DNA of 38,812 nucleotides from Batkoa obscura (taxonomy: Eukaryota). The position numbers and the translations under genes were made by a program. Under the pieces are notes generated by a model. That model was not told the DNA's origin, made no database searches, and saw only the letters and a list, made by a program, of their open reading frames with translations. Of the stretch, positions 23,242 to 35,431 are shown piece after piece (the stretch's first letter is position 1; each line of letters opens with the position of its first letter). The stretch spans positions 1-38,812 of the forward strand of contig JASVEC010000161.1 in assembly GCA_030770535.1 (NCBI GenBank). The letters run 5' to 3'.

Positions 23242-23660
23242 ATGTTTGGAGCATTTAGAGCATCGAGTGTAAGCTTAGGTGGATTATTATGGTAAGATGC
23301 TTTTTTAAAATAAAGTTATAAAGCTAAATAACAAATAGGAAAGTACCATGGAGAATGAGTGCTAGTCGTAAGGCTAATGTTCGTAAGAGATTAAAGCAAG
23401 TAGATGAAGTAGTCGAGCAGCTTAATCAATCCGGGTTTACATGTAGACGATTGGTATATATATAATATTTAAACTACGTATGACTTGACTAAATGATTAA
23501 ATAGGAGGAATTCAATAAATTGCCTAAAGAAAATGAAATGACTCCAAGAGAAAAATATACTGTATTTTCAAAATCAGCTAAAGGACATCGTAAAGCCCTC
23601 CATAAAGTTCCTAAATACACAAAAACACCTCATCCAAGAGTTTCCCCACCAGGATTTTAA
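23242..23660 (+). CDS. MRPL31: Mitochondrial large-subunit ribosomal protein L31 (mL60). Exons 23242-23291, 23339-23453, 23505-23660
   Basis: Spliced product [42 protein letters not shown]...LPKENEMTPREKYTVFSKSAKGHRKALHKVPKYTK matches the fungal L31 pattern. Missed by the ORF track. Confidence 0.9.
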
Positions 23661-24774
23661 GTGATGGGGGTAGAAGCACACTAAAAAAATTTAAAGAAAT
23701 AGATGATTTAATTTAACTAAATTATTTTGGTAACATTTTGAATTTAATTAACTGCAATTATAGATTTTTTTTAATTTTTATAAATATATTTAAAACTTGG
23801 TGTAGCAGTGTTTTTTTAGCCACATTCATATTAAGCTCGGTCTACTAAAGTCAGATTTTATAAAGCAGTAGAAAAATAGCTTAAGCAATTCTCTATAAGA
23901 ATATACTATAACAAAACAAAATGGATTCTTTTTATTTTATTTGATAGCTCAAAGCTGCTGTTGTATATGAATATTCAAGTTGTGCTTAAAACAATTTTAT
24001 AGTTTTGTATAGCTATAAGGCTATGAATTATTGTAAACTATGAGACAAAGTAATTTTTGTGTTTAATTATATCTGATTTTATTTAAAAATTTTCGAGTCA
24101 TAACCAGCATACTATATTAGATAAAATCCATATTATACTATCAATAAATATGTACAAACTAACAAAATTAGCTACTATGTTTCAATCTTCGTACTATAAA
24201 TTATAGTTTTGTTTTACTGCCTTAAAATTATACTATTTAAAATATTACGCTTTTTAACCCCTCAAGTATCAATTGTCTGGAAAAAATTCCGTTCGATTAA
24301 ATCATAATTTCGAGTCAATCCTGTCAACTAGATCAATTTCTTTAGAACCCAGTACTTAAAAGGCTAGTTTGGTATAAACAATACAAGTAATGCTCGCCAT
24401 GATTTTGTTTTGATTTAAAAACATATGTACGGCAATGCTTGCCTACAGTACTCAAGTGGTCAATAGATTAGAACATAAAAATAATATTAAAATCGGAAGA
24501 ATTAGAACTGGCTTTTTAGTGCTTTAAACTAACATTGTTTTTAATAAAACAGTGCTATATTTATTGTGAAATAAACGCCATCAATGATATTATAATTAAA
24601 ATTGATATCTGGAATATAGTATTAGATTTATTATTTTTAACTTTATTTTTATTGCAAAGTGGTAAATCTGATTAAAAGGCAAAAGGAAAATATTGACGAA
24701 AAGACTCGGCCGAAGTTATTGTAAATAGAAATTAAGATTGCGTATTACTGAAAGCATAGAATTTAACTTAAAAT

Positions 24775-26193
24775 TTATTCCATACCTTCATCATCGTAAT
24801 GAGCTTCTCCTTCCATTTCACCCATATCTTCTTCAGCTTCATACTCAACATCTTCACCAACAGTAGCTTCTTGATATTGTTGATATTCGGATACTAAATC
24901 ATTCATATTGGACTCGGCTTCAGTGAATTCCATCTCATCCATACCTTCAGTAGTGTACCAATGGGTGAAAGCTTTACGACGGAACATAGAAGTGAATTGT
25001 TCGTTAACACGTTTGAAAAGCTCTTGGATAGCAGTGTTATTACCAACGAAAGTAGATGACATTTTAAGGCCTGCTGGTGGAATGTTACATACAGCAGTCT
25101 TAACATTGTGTGGAATCCATTCAACGAAGTAGTCTGAGTTCTTTGTACGAACATCAGCCATTTGTTGTTCAACTTCTTTCATTGAAAGACGGCCACGGAA
25201 GAAAGCAGCGCAAGTTAAATAACGTCCATGACGTGGGTCAGAAGCAGCCATCATATTTCTGGCATCGAACATTTGAGCAGTAAGTTCTGGAACAGTAATG
25301 GCGTTGTACTGCTTAGAACCTTGGGCAGTAAGAGGAGCAAAACCAATCATGAAGAAATGAAGACGTGGGAAAGGAATTAAATTGACAGCAAGCTTACGTA
25401 AATCTGCGTTAAGTTGTCCTGGGAAACGAAGAGAGGTAGTGATACCTGACATAACTTGGGAAACAAGATGATTAAGATCACCATAGTTAGGGCTAGAAAG
25501 TTTAAGAGTACGGAAGCAGATATCATAAAGGGCTTCGTTATCAATACAGAAAGTCTCATCAGCATTTTCAACTAAATGATGTACGGTAAGGGTAGCGTTA
25601 TAAGGTTCGACAACAGTGTCTGAAACTTTTGGGGATGGAACAACGGAGAAAGTACACATCATACGATCTGGAAATTCTTCACGAATCTTAGAAATAAGAA
25701 GAGAACCAAGACCTGAACCAGTACCACCACCAAGAGAATGGGCAACTTGGAAACCTTGAAGGGAGTCACAACCTTCGGCTTCTTTACGGACAACTTCGAG
25801 GATAGAATCAACAAGTTCAGCACCTTCAGTGTAGTAACCCTTAGCCCAATTGTTACCAGCACCGGATTGTCCATAAATGAAGTTATCTGGTCGGAACATT
25901 TTTCCAATAGGACCGGAACGGATAGCATCCATTGTTCCTGGTTCTAAATCGACTAAGATAGACCTAGCCAGATTAAAATTCTGTAAATACTAAGTATATT
26001 AAAATTACCTTGGGACATATCTACCATCAGCAGCTTCGTTATAGTAAACATTGATACGTTCTAATTGTTGATCATCAGATCCACCATAGATACCATCACT
26101 GAGAATACCATGTTCTTCAGAGATAACTTCCCAAAATTTGGTACCGATTTGATTACCACATTGACCAGTTTGGATATGAACAATTTCTCTCAT
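24775..26193 (-). CDS. TUB2: Beta-tubulin. Exons 26193-26009, 25963-24775
   Basis: MREIVH start, [15 protein letters not shown] across the intron, [22 protein letters not shown], acidic C-terminal tail. Confidence 0.97.
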
Positions 26194-26282
26194 TTTATAA
26201 TATTAGTATTAAACTTATTAAAGGAGGTAGGTATTGTGTAAAATTCTCAATTTATTTGTTTTATTAAGGGTGATGTATTAAA

Positions 26283-26870
26283 ACCAACCAATCCAATCAA
26301 CTATTGCTTTATGGAATTGGGATATGGCCAATCATACTTGACCATTCAACCAGAACAGGAGATTTTTATTTTCCCCATTCATCCAATAAAAGTTCTAAGT
26401 TTTATGAGTAGTTCTTATTGGCCCAATAAGGATTGAAGTATTATACAACTTATTGAAACTGACAAATTAAATTCAGATCATCCAAGGTTTTTTAAACATG
26501 AAGATAGGAAGCCAAAAGTGATTGGATTTGATGACTGAAATGTAATTCTCCCATTTGATTTAAATTTAGTTGGGGAAGAAGCGGCTATTAGGAAAATAAA
26601 TCCCATCAAGAAACTATTAAGCTTTGGATTGAAAAAACGTCACAAATTTATTAATTGATAGCTTAAAATAGCCAATTTGAAATAAAAACAGGTTTAAAAA
26701 GGCTATTTTAAAATATTGGCCAAAGCTATCTGTCAAGTATTTATTGATAATAGTTTTGTGTATTAAAAGAGCTTTAAATTATAGCCGCGATTTATTTGAA
26801 TCGTAGGTAAAATATTTTAATAATAATGCTTTTTCCTAAGTAAGCACTATATTATAAAAAACCATTGGCT
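26283..26870. promoter_or_regulatory. CCAAT-box cluster upstream of beta-tubulin
   Basis: About ten CCAAT/ATTGG motifs, e.g. ~26288, 26293, 26328, 26383, 26418, 26423, 26521, 26672, 26715, 26864. Confidence 0.5.
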
Positions 26871-27141
26871 AGAAAACATAAATATTGTATTGAAAAATGT
26901 ATTTAACTAAAAATTAAAAATTATTCACTGAATTTTCATATCTTATTTTTGTGAGTTAATGTCTCTTAAAACAATAAACTAAGTAGGACATACGGTATTA
27001 TACAAGTTTGAAGTAACAAAGGTGTTAATAAAAAACCAATGAAAATTAATAATTTTAAATTGCCTGATTTTCGAGAATGTATTTACCCCCATTAACTTTA
27101 CTAAAGCTGCTGATTTTTAACTATCAATTGATTTGGATCCA

Positions 27142-27244
27142 TATGGGAATGTTTTTTTGCGTTTAAGAATTTTATTAATAAATTTTCCGCTCAAATAGTG
27201 CCTAAAAGATGGAAAAAGTAATGAAGCCAAAAAACACCCCCGTA
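27142..27244 (+). mobile_element. MITE family A copy
   Basis: TA-TGGGAATGTTTTTT...AAAAACACCCCCG-TA. Confidence 0.85.
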
Positions 27245-27621
27245 TTATGTCGTATTACTTTGCAAATTTGTGTTATTATCTGTGTATTTGTATGCTTAAG
27301 TTTCATGAATAAAGCCCCTAGCCATTTGCTATTATTCATAATTTGACATTTAATAATGCTATTATGATAAAAGTATATACTAATACAATCAAGCATATAA
27401 AGTGATAATAATAATAGAATATTGCAAAAATAGAAAGTTTTATCTATATCATTTCGTAGCACTTGATGATACTTATAGAACGAATATTGACTCACTTTTA
27501 AAGTTAAATTTTATAATAACATTTGTATTTTTGAAAGCTAAAACTTTATTATAATCATTTATTCAAGCATTTTATAAAAAACAACTAAACAAAGAAATGA
27601 TATATGACCCACTTACTATAG

Positions 27622-29194
27622 CTAGATCTTAGTGAAGGTGACTTTTAAGTTTTTAGGACTAAACAACCCTAAGGGTGGTAATTTAGGATAGTTATCATGT
27701 GGCGAGTTTCTTGGTAAGGTGATGCTATATTCTAATAATAAAGAGATCAAAAATATTTTTTGTTCTAATATGGAAAATTGATTTCCTAAACACATCCTAG
27801 ACCCATACCCAAATGTAAGTAACATATTTGTCATTTTTTTGTCTATTTTGACCTTGTCATTTTCAACTATTAAAAATCGTTCGGGCTGGAATTCCTCAGG
27901 GTTTTTAAATAAAGCCGGGTCTTTCATTGCTAGCCCTACATGTAACATTATTGATTGATTAGTATTAAGAGTTAGTCCGTTATCTAAGGTGACAGGTCGA
28001 CTTGTCTTACGAGTAATTGTAGGCGCCACAGGTATTGATCTTAAAGTTTCATAAATTACAGCATCCAAATATATCATCTCGTTTAAAATATTTTGATTTG
28101 AGCTTAGCGCTTTTAATGGATCATTGTCTCCTAATATATCTTTTATCTCTTTTCTTAGCCTTTCTTGGATTCCCTATTTATTAATTAGTACTGTAATTAT
28201 TTGTATATAACTATTCTTACCGGATATCTTGCTAGATAATATATAGCTGACGTTAATGTGTGGGCAGTTGAATCATGGCCTGCGATAAAAAATACAATAG
28301 TATTATTCTAAAATAAAAAACTTAAAGATAAAACCAACAATAATCAATAAATATTACAATAATCAACTCATCAGTAAGTCCTTCAGATTCACTATCAGAG
28401 GATTCTATCATTAAGGACAATAGGTTGGAGCGCCTTCCCTCCTTGTCAAACGAACTCAGTTTCTTTCTTTCGCTTTCAATCAATTCTTTTACATAGTTAC
28501 GGAATTTAGTTGAATCACTATATAATCTTTTTCTTGACGGAAAAGGAAAGTAATCTAAAAATGGTAGCATAAGGAATAAAGGGTTCAAAATTTCATTCAA
28601 TAGGTTATTATATAAGTAGGCCATTTCATTATCCTGATTATTAACAGTATTAAAATCGATATTAAAAACAGCTAACCCTAAACTATCTAAGGTAGCTACT
28701 TTAAAAATTTCTAAAACTTTGACTTCTTTGTCAAAGCTGTTTTGGATTTTGTTGTTCATTTTCTTCGCAACGTTTACAAAAATATCTATGTCCCATCCTT
28801 TTTTAAATGCTCCATTTATTACCTTCTTATGTATCTTCCATTCTTTTTTATCTAACTCGGCGATGTTTTTTCTTATTAAACCAAAATCGTTCATCATTTC
28901 ACTTTGTTTAATCTTGATATAGGTATCATCATCAAGAAATATTTTCTTAATGATTTCAATGTCTTTTACTGAAACAAACCATCTGCCTAAAAACACAGTT
29001 ATGAACCGATTTTCTGAAAATAAGGAAGTCATCAGAAAATCGTCACGTATCTGTCCAGAAGTTCCAATTATTATGTGGTAAAGCATTAAAAGTGTACTCA
29101 CACTAGGGAGATGCGATACACTTTTAGTAGGTTGGAGTTTAAAGTAAAAATAGACAGTTAAAGGTATACTAAACAATAATATGTATAAAATCAT
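27622..29194 (-). CDS. Cytochrome P450. Exons ~29194-28358, 28307-28221, 28173-27622 (alternative in-frame ATG at 29257)
   Basis: N-terminal TM anchor MILYILLFSIPLTVYFYF, C-helix WKIHK, I-helix FIAGHDSTA, ETLR, PERF, heme motif FGYGSRMCLG. Confidence 0.93.
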
Positions 29195-29563
29195 TTTAGT
29201 TTTTACTTTCTTTTTTTCTTTTTCTTTTATACTTTGAAAGGATAGCGCTACTTTCATTATATAGCTTATTTTTTAATTTGTTTTTATTAGTCTTTTAAAG
29301 AAAATTATAAGGCCATAAATTTAAAAACTCGGATTGTTGTTGCTCCGTTGACCCAATTATTTCTTTCACAAAATTAATTTAAAATTAATATGGCACAACT
29401 TAAATATAAAACCTAAATTTGTTAATAATTATTATTTTAAATAAGCTATTACCAAAAGTCTCGAATGAAATTAACAAAAAATATTTTTAATACAGTTTAT
29501 TAAACGTAAGTAGTTTTGATACTAGTAAATAAAGCTTAATGAAAAAGACAGCTGAAAGCATAA

Positions 29564-29662
29564 TATGGGGCTGTTTTTTTAGTTTCATCATTTTTCCATT
29601 TTTTAAGCGCTATTTGAGTGGAAAGATTGTAGTAAAATTCTTAAAAAAAACACATCCCCATA
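29564..29662 (-). mobile_element. MITE family A copy
   Basis: TA-TGGGGCTGTTTTTT...CACATCCCCA-TA. Confidence 0.85.
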
Positions 29663-29699
29663 TATATAATTAAAATTCAAACAATATTAAAGTTGCAAA

Positions 29700-29783
29700 G
29701 GTGGTGACGGGGTATATTTGCCCAATCATTAACAGCTATAGAGTTTTAGCGATTGGGGAAATATTAGGTGCCATCATATTTTT
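29700..29783 (+). ncRNA. Candidate structured small RNA (long irregular hairpin followed by T5), family unknown
   Basis: Stems GGTGGTGAC/GTGCCATC, ATATTT/AAATAT, CCCAATC/GATTGGG and TTAA-c-AGCT/AGTTTTAG. Four G-U pairs work only on the + strand. Confidence 0.35.
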
Positions 29784-30142
29784 CCACTTAATTAAATCCG
29801 CCTTATTTAAGGATTGCAATATATTTTGTAGTTAAGCATTCTTGTAAGTTAAAAAAGTAAAAAGCAAAAAAAAGCAAAGCATAACTAACTTGTATAATGC
29901 TATAAAGATATAATGACCGTTAAAATTATGACAGATGTTTTTATTTGTTTAGGAATTAAGCTAGTATTTTTAGATTTTGATTCTAATAGTAGATAAAATT
30001 CTTAAGTAAAAAACATTCGCATACATTTTAGAAAATTTATGTCTATCATTATTTATGACTAAAAAAAATTAGTATTGTATAATTAAACAAAGTTTTACAC
30101 TGTTTGGGTGATAAGTAATATCTAAATTTTAAATAAAACTAA

Positions 30143-30180
30143 TATGTGGTGATGTTTTTTTTGATTTTTTTACTTTTTCT
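30143..30180 (-). mobile_element. MITE family A fragment
   Basis: TATGTGGTGATGTTTTTTTTGATTTTTTTACTTTTTCT resembles one end of the family. Confidence 0.4.
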
Positions 30181-32389
30181 TCAATTAGCTTTATTTTAAT
30201 ATTAAATTATTTTTCTTAGGGATAATAACTTGAAGCTAATTAACTCCTTTGATATTTTAATTTTCAAACCCTTTTGAACAAGTTAAATTACCAATTATTT
30301 TTTTTAAATAGCTTATTTAAGAAGAGCTTTACAGTCTTTATCATAGCTTAACGATGTCAAATATTTACAAGGCCTTTTAAAAGTATGACCTCAATAGCAT
30401 CTTTATTGCTCAAATTTTTTATTTTAATTAAAACCCAATTAATCTTAATTTGTTTAAAGTTGATGAATACATTTAATATCAACTTTGAATGTTTTGATGC
30501 AAAAATTACCTTGTATTCAACAGTAACAACTTGATATTAAAAGCAGGCTGAAACAAGTCATAATTAGTTTACTATACTAATTAAGGCTTTGATTCATATA
30601 CCATTTATATTTTTGATATAGATATTCTTATACCAAAATTAAAAGCTATTATGTAAAAAATTGTAACAACAGGTTATAAGCTATAATGATACCATAGTCC
30701 AAAAGCAGTCCGTTATTGATTTTAAAATTGTAGCTTTAAACTGATCATTACCTTAATTATGGAATGTTACCTATATAGCTAATATTTGACATGATATAAA
30801 TAGTTTTGTAATAATTATTTACAATTAGAAATTTGTAATTTTAGTATAACTACCATCATCCTTATCATTGTTTAAGACGAAAAAAGGACACATAAAAATA
30901 GATCTAATATATAGGTGAAGGTTGAATATTATGGTTGCAATATATGAGTAAGCAAGAAATTTAAAAGTTTGGTCAAATTTGTTAAAAAACTATTTGTTCA
31001 CTTTTAAAATTATCATTGTTTTATTAAAAAGACTGCTAAAATTATAATGAAATATAGTAAAAATGGCCTAAGCACTGGAATCAGCATCATGCTAGAATTA
31101 ATATTGAGATTAGGCTAGGGTAAGGTTTATACTGTATAAATACAATTTCTAGTCCAAAAAGTAAAATAAGATAAGATCTATAGTTTATTTGATCTGCGAT
31201 AGTTTTATGATAAAATAATGATGTTTTGTTTTTTTAGCAAATTAAATAGATATTTATTAGTTCATAATTATTCTTGGACTCCTCTTGGATACCTTTAGCC
31301 GTCATCCGGAATTTTGCCCACTCTTTTGCTAACTTAGAATTTAAAAAAATTATTAGTCAAATTCCCTGAGGAAAAACATCTTCATATGTAGTTGATTCCT
31401 TAGAAAGAATTCTTTACTTTAAATAGGTTAAAACTAATTTAAAAAATAAGTAAAAAATTCTATCGGCTTTGAAGTAATAAAAAGATGGAGTATTTTAGAA
31501 ATATAGAAAACAAGCCAACATTATAGTATTTTGTTTATCAACTTTTTTCTAATATCTTTATTATGTCAAAGCAGAATCTTTTCTGAGAAATTTTTTTAAC
31601 AAAACATAACCGTTTTTAAACATGAAAAGAAAAGTAGTTACAAATTCAGCTACTAAATCGCTATAGAAAGTAAAGCGATAAACTTGTATAGTTTCAAATT
31701 TGTTAATTTATTTATTTTTTATGTTAAAAAAATTTTAACTTTTGTTTGAAATATATCGGAAAACGTACATCGTTTAGTCCATATTTCATAACACAGAAGA
31801 GTGTGATGTTACTTTAAAAGGCTAATGCTGGATTGGTTAAAAAAGAAAAGATTAGTGTCTTACAAAATTAAAACATTAAAACTGAAACATTAAAAGCCTT
31901 TATTTGATTGAGAATTATAAGAATAAAATGTAAAGATATTCAATAGGAAGGGCCACAGGTGTTAGTAAAGGAATCATATTAAGGTAAGGATATTTAAATA
32001 GGGTAATTTAGTAAGAACAAGCCAAATAATTAGAAATTGTTGTTTACCCCACGTTATAACTAAAAAATAAATTATTGAGATGAGAGCGAGAATATTCTAA
32101 ATTAAGGAAGGATAAGAGGTTAAATTGATTTTCTACCAAACTTAGCTGAAGTCAGGCTAATAAAGTTATGCAAAATTTGAGAAGATGAATTCTTTAAGTA
32201 AAAAATGAAAAATATCAAGGCTATATTTAAATAAGATTGAATAGAATTCAAAAAATTACATAATAAAAAGAGTATAATTTACTAATGAATTAGTGAATAT
32301 AATTAGTGGTTGGGTTCCTTACTAATAAACTGTCACTCAAATTTTCAGCTTCTTTCTTTTGTTAATTTTATAACCATTAGTAAAATAAA

Positions 32390-34732
32390 ATGAATGAAGG
32401 CAATAGGGATAACCAAAATGAAATTTTAGACAACGATTATACTTTAAGAAAATACCATAAGCAAGAGACGGCTTCTGAGGTGATGGATAGATGGTTAGAT
32501 CGAGCTTACTCCGATTTACCCAACTTTTTAAAGTCTTTTATACCGATTATAACCTGGTTACCAAAATATAATAAGATTTGGTTGTTAGGGGATATTATCT
32601 CTGGGTTCACAGTAGGCATTATGTTGGTACCTCAATCAATAGCTTATTCTAAATTAGCTCAAATTCCTGTACAGCACGGCTTATACTCTTCTTTCATTGG
32701 TAACTTAGTTTATGCTATTTTTGGTGGCTCAAGAGAAATAGCTGCTGGTCCAAATGCTGTACTAAGTTTGTTAATTGGAAGCGCCGTTAACTCAATAAGC
32801 TCGATACCTGGTAATCAATATACTGCTGCACAAATAGGTTCGGCATTAGCCACCATGTTTGCTTTCATATCTATGGGATTGGGTGTATTAAAATTGGGTT
32901 TAATTCTTGACTTAATTCCTAATCCTGTTATTGTTGGATTTACTACTGGTGCTGCTTCTACTATTATGTTAAGTCAACTGCCTTCAATGTTAGGAATTCC
33001 TAATGTAGTTAATAGCAAGCCAACTTGGGAAATTATAGCTGATATAGTAATGAATATACCAAAGATAAAATATGTTAGTTTACTATTTGGTATATTCTCC
33101 TTGGCGTTTCTATTCTTAATGCCATATCTGGTCTCCTTTGGTATTAAGCGCTACCCGTTTTTGTCCTACCTCGTTGTTGGGGCAAATGCTCTTGCAGTGG
33201 TATTATTTACACTAGTATCATTTGGTGTAAAATCCTCAAATCCAACTTTAGAGCTCACTATCGTAGGAGATGTACCACAAGGGTTTGGATATATAGGAGC
33301 ACCTCCTTTGGGTATAGATTTATGGCAAAATATTATATCCTATTCCCCAGCAATCTTTTTGGTAGCAATTCTAGAACATACTGCAGTATGTAAAAACTTT
33401 TCTACTAAAATTGGTTATCAAGTATCTACATCTCAAGAGTTTTTCGCTGTAGGTGCAGCTAACTTACTTGGTTCCTTTTTCTCTAGTTTTCCAGTAGCTG
33501 GTTCTTTATCTCGTGGTGCTGTTTTATCAAAATCCGGTGTAAGAACTCCAATGGTTGGCATCTTTATTGCTATTGTTTTACTAGCTGCTTTACTCTTTTT
33601 AACACCTGCATTCTATTACATCCCAACTGCTACTTTAGGTGCCATCATTATGCGTGCTGGTATATCTTTGATCCCGACTTTTGCAACTGTCAAAGAATTA
33701 TATGTTACTTCTAAAATCGATTTCTTCGTTTTCATCGTTGCATCAGTTGTTACCTTTTTACTCGGTGTACAATACGGAATTGGCAGTGCTGTTGCTATTT
33801 CTTTCTTGTATTTATTATTACGTATTGCAAGACCTAAATTTTATGTGTTAGGAGAAATTGAAGGTAGGGATGGGGTATTTGTTGATAAATATCATCCAGC
33901 ATATAAAGCAGAAGATCCAGAACCTGGAGTAATTGTGTTTAGAATCCAAGAATCTGTCATTTTCCCAAATATCTCATTCTTGAAAGACCAACTTATAGAT
34001 TATATATTGGAATACACTAAATCAGGAGCACCTCCAACATTATCAAAAGACAAACTATGGTCAAGTGATTTACATGATCGTTCTACCTCATTAAGAAGAA
34101 TAAGAGCAAAAAGAAATAATACTAGTGTACCTAATGAAGATGATTTACCTTATTTGAAAGCAGTTATATTGGATTTAGGAGCAGTCAATTATATTGATGC
34201 ATCTGGTATTCAAGGTTTAAAAGAATTGAGGGATCAACTTTATTTATATGCTGGTGCTCATCCAAGTCAATTAAATTCTCAATTTTCTACTGCTAATCCA
34301 GAAGATATGTTTGAGATGAGTGATATAAGCTTAGTACCAACATTTGAATTACATTTTGTTTCTATCCATATGAAAGTATTACGCAGTTTAATGATATCTG
34401 GATTACCATCACCATTAACCTATAAGCCAGAGCCAAAACATGACTTGAAAGATAAAACTTGTAATATGAGTGAACACCATAGCAATAAATTTACTATTAA
34501 AAGTTTAGCTAGTGTAATAGAAGGTGATATCGATGTCAATATTGAGAATAACAACTATTTCTCAAATATTAATAACAATGAATTGGCTATGTCTTTATTA
34601 GAAGAAGGTGAAGAAATGGAACCTATATTATTAAATTCATCGAAGTATATTCATATCACTTTAAGCGGTGCTATAAGTAAAGTGAGGGAAAATTTAAAGC
34701 CAGATAATGTTAACTTCCCTCCATCCCCCTAG
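32390..34732 (+). CDS. SulP/SLC26 sulfate (anion) transporter with C-terminal STAS domain
   Basis: WLPKY, GDIISGFTVG..LVPQSIAYS.LA..P...GLYSSF, GFTTG, SQE..A.G..N, GSLSR; STAS motif VILDLGAVNYIDASG. Intronless 780-aa ORF. Confidence 0.95.
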   Translation: MNEGNRDNQNEILDNDYTLRKYHKQETASEVMDRWLDRAYSDLPNFLKSFIPIITWLPKYNKIWLLGDIISGFTVGIMLVPQSIAYSKLAQIPVQHGLYSSFIGNLVYAIFGGSREIAAGPNAVLSLLIGSAVNSISSIPGNQYTAAQIGSALATMFAFISMGLGVLKLGLILDLIPNPVIVGFTTGAASTIMLSQLPSMLGIPNVVNSKPTWEIIADIVMNIPKIKYVSLLFGIFSLAFLFLMPYLVSFGIKRYPFLSYLVVGANALAVVLFTLVSFGVKSSNPTLELTIVGDVPQGFGYIGAPPLGIDLWQNIISYSPAIFLVAILEHTAVCKNFSTKIGYQVSTSQEFFAVGAANLLGSFFSSFPVAGSLSRGAVLSKSGVRTPMVGIFIAIVLLAALLFLTPAFYYIPTATLGAIIMRAGISLIPTFATVKELYVTSKIDFFVFIVASVVTFLLGVQYGIGSAVAISFLYLLLRIARPKFYVLGEIEGRDGVFVDKYHPAYKAEDPEPGVIVFRIQESVIFPNISFLKDQLIDYILEYTKSGAPPTLSKDKLWSSDLHDRSTSLRRIRAKRNNTSVPNEDDLPYLKAVILDLGAVNYIDASGIQGLKELRDQLYLYAGAHPSQLNSQFSTANPEDMFEMSDISLVPTFELHFVSIHMKVLRSLMISGLPSPLTYKPEPKHDLKDKTCNMSEHHSNKFTIKSLASVIEGDIDVNIENNNYFSNINNNELAMSLLEEGEEMEPILLNSSKYIHITLSGAISKVRENLKPDNVNFPPSP

Positions 34733-35057
34733 TTCGATTTATTATTTTTGTTTTAATATATTACTATAATATTATCTTTACAAGTTCATAAATTTTTTGC
34801 ATAAATTTTTTAATTAATTGTTAACATTCTTATTGATTGCGGTGTCATAAATTTCTACAATTTAATTCTACTTAGAGCAGTATTCTGAAACCGAAATTAA
34901 TTCTTGATTTAGGAATTTAACTATTTATAAAACAATGTTATTAAAATAATGTAATAAAAAAACTTTGCTAGAAACATATTATATTTTGATACCAATATAT
35001 TATTATTTTACATATGCAAGAATTATAGTAAAATACTTAAAAGTTAAATTGGAAAAA

Positions 35058-35130
35058 TGCTCCGTATAGGGCTTGAACCTATGACCTTAGCGTTATTAGC
35101 ACCACGCTCTGCCAACTGAGCTAACGGAGC
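35058..35130 (-). tRNA. tRNA-Ile (anticodon AAT)
   Basis: Reverse complement GCTCCGTTAGCTCAGTTGGCAGAGCGTGGTGCTAATAACGCTAAGGTCATAGGTTCAAGCCCTATACGGAGCA folds as a cloverleaf with A and B boxes, followed by TTTTT. Confidence 0.95.
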
Positions 35131-35383
35131 AGCTGTTATTATATTTGTTGTGTGATTATTTTAGTAAAAATATTTAACTTTTAAATCTTGCAAAAAGCTA
35201 AATAGTATAAAAAATCCAATATTGTGTTAGATTTCACTATTAATAATCTCAATTTATTTATAGTTATTATATTTTAGATACTGCAATTGAATTGGCTATT
35301 TTGCCCTTTTATATTTGATAATTTTATTTAATTTAATTACATAGAATTTTTAAAATTTTATAATAAACTGATCATTTTATTAT

Positions 35384-35427
35384 TAGGGGTATTTTTTTAG
35401 TTTTATCATTTTTTCCATTTTTTAAGT
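35384..35427 (-). mobile_element. MITE family A, truncated where the family B copy begins
   Basis: TAGGGGTATTTTTTTAGTTTTATCATTTTTTCCATTTTTTAAG. Confidence 0.65.
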
Positions 35428-35431
35428 AGGA

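Noticed and set aside
11456..27495. Assorted short AT-rich ORFs (11456, 12451, 12688, 13203, 17229, 19504, 22862, 27202) and antisense ORFs within LYS4 and tubulin
   Set aside because: Low-complexity F/I/L/K composition, often non-ATG starts, and overlap with MITEs or real genes.
19906..29194. KEP plus P450 as a RiPP biosynthetic cluster
   Set aside because: They are separated by three housekeeping genes, and no DUF3328/UstY, tyrosinase or methyltransferase is visible in the window.
31050..31420. Short minus-strand coding-like stretch (KLAKEWAKFRMTAKGIQEESK)
   Set aside because: Could not build a gene model or recognise a family.
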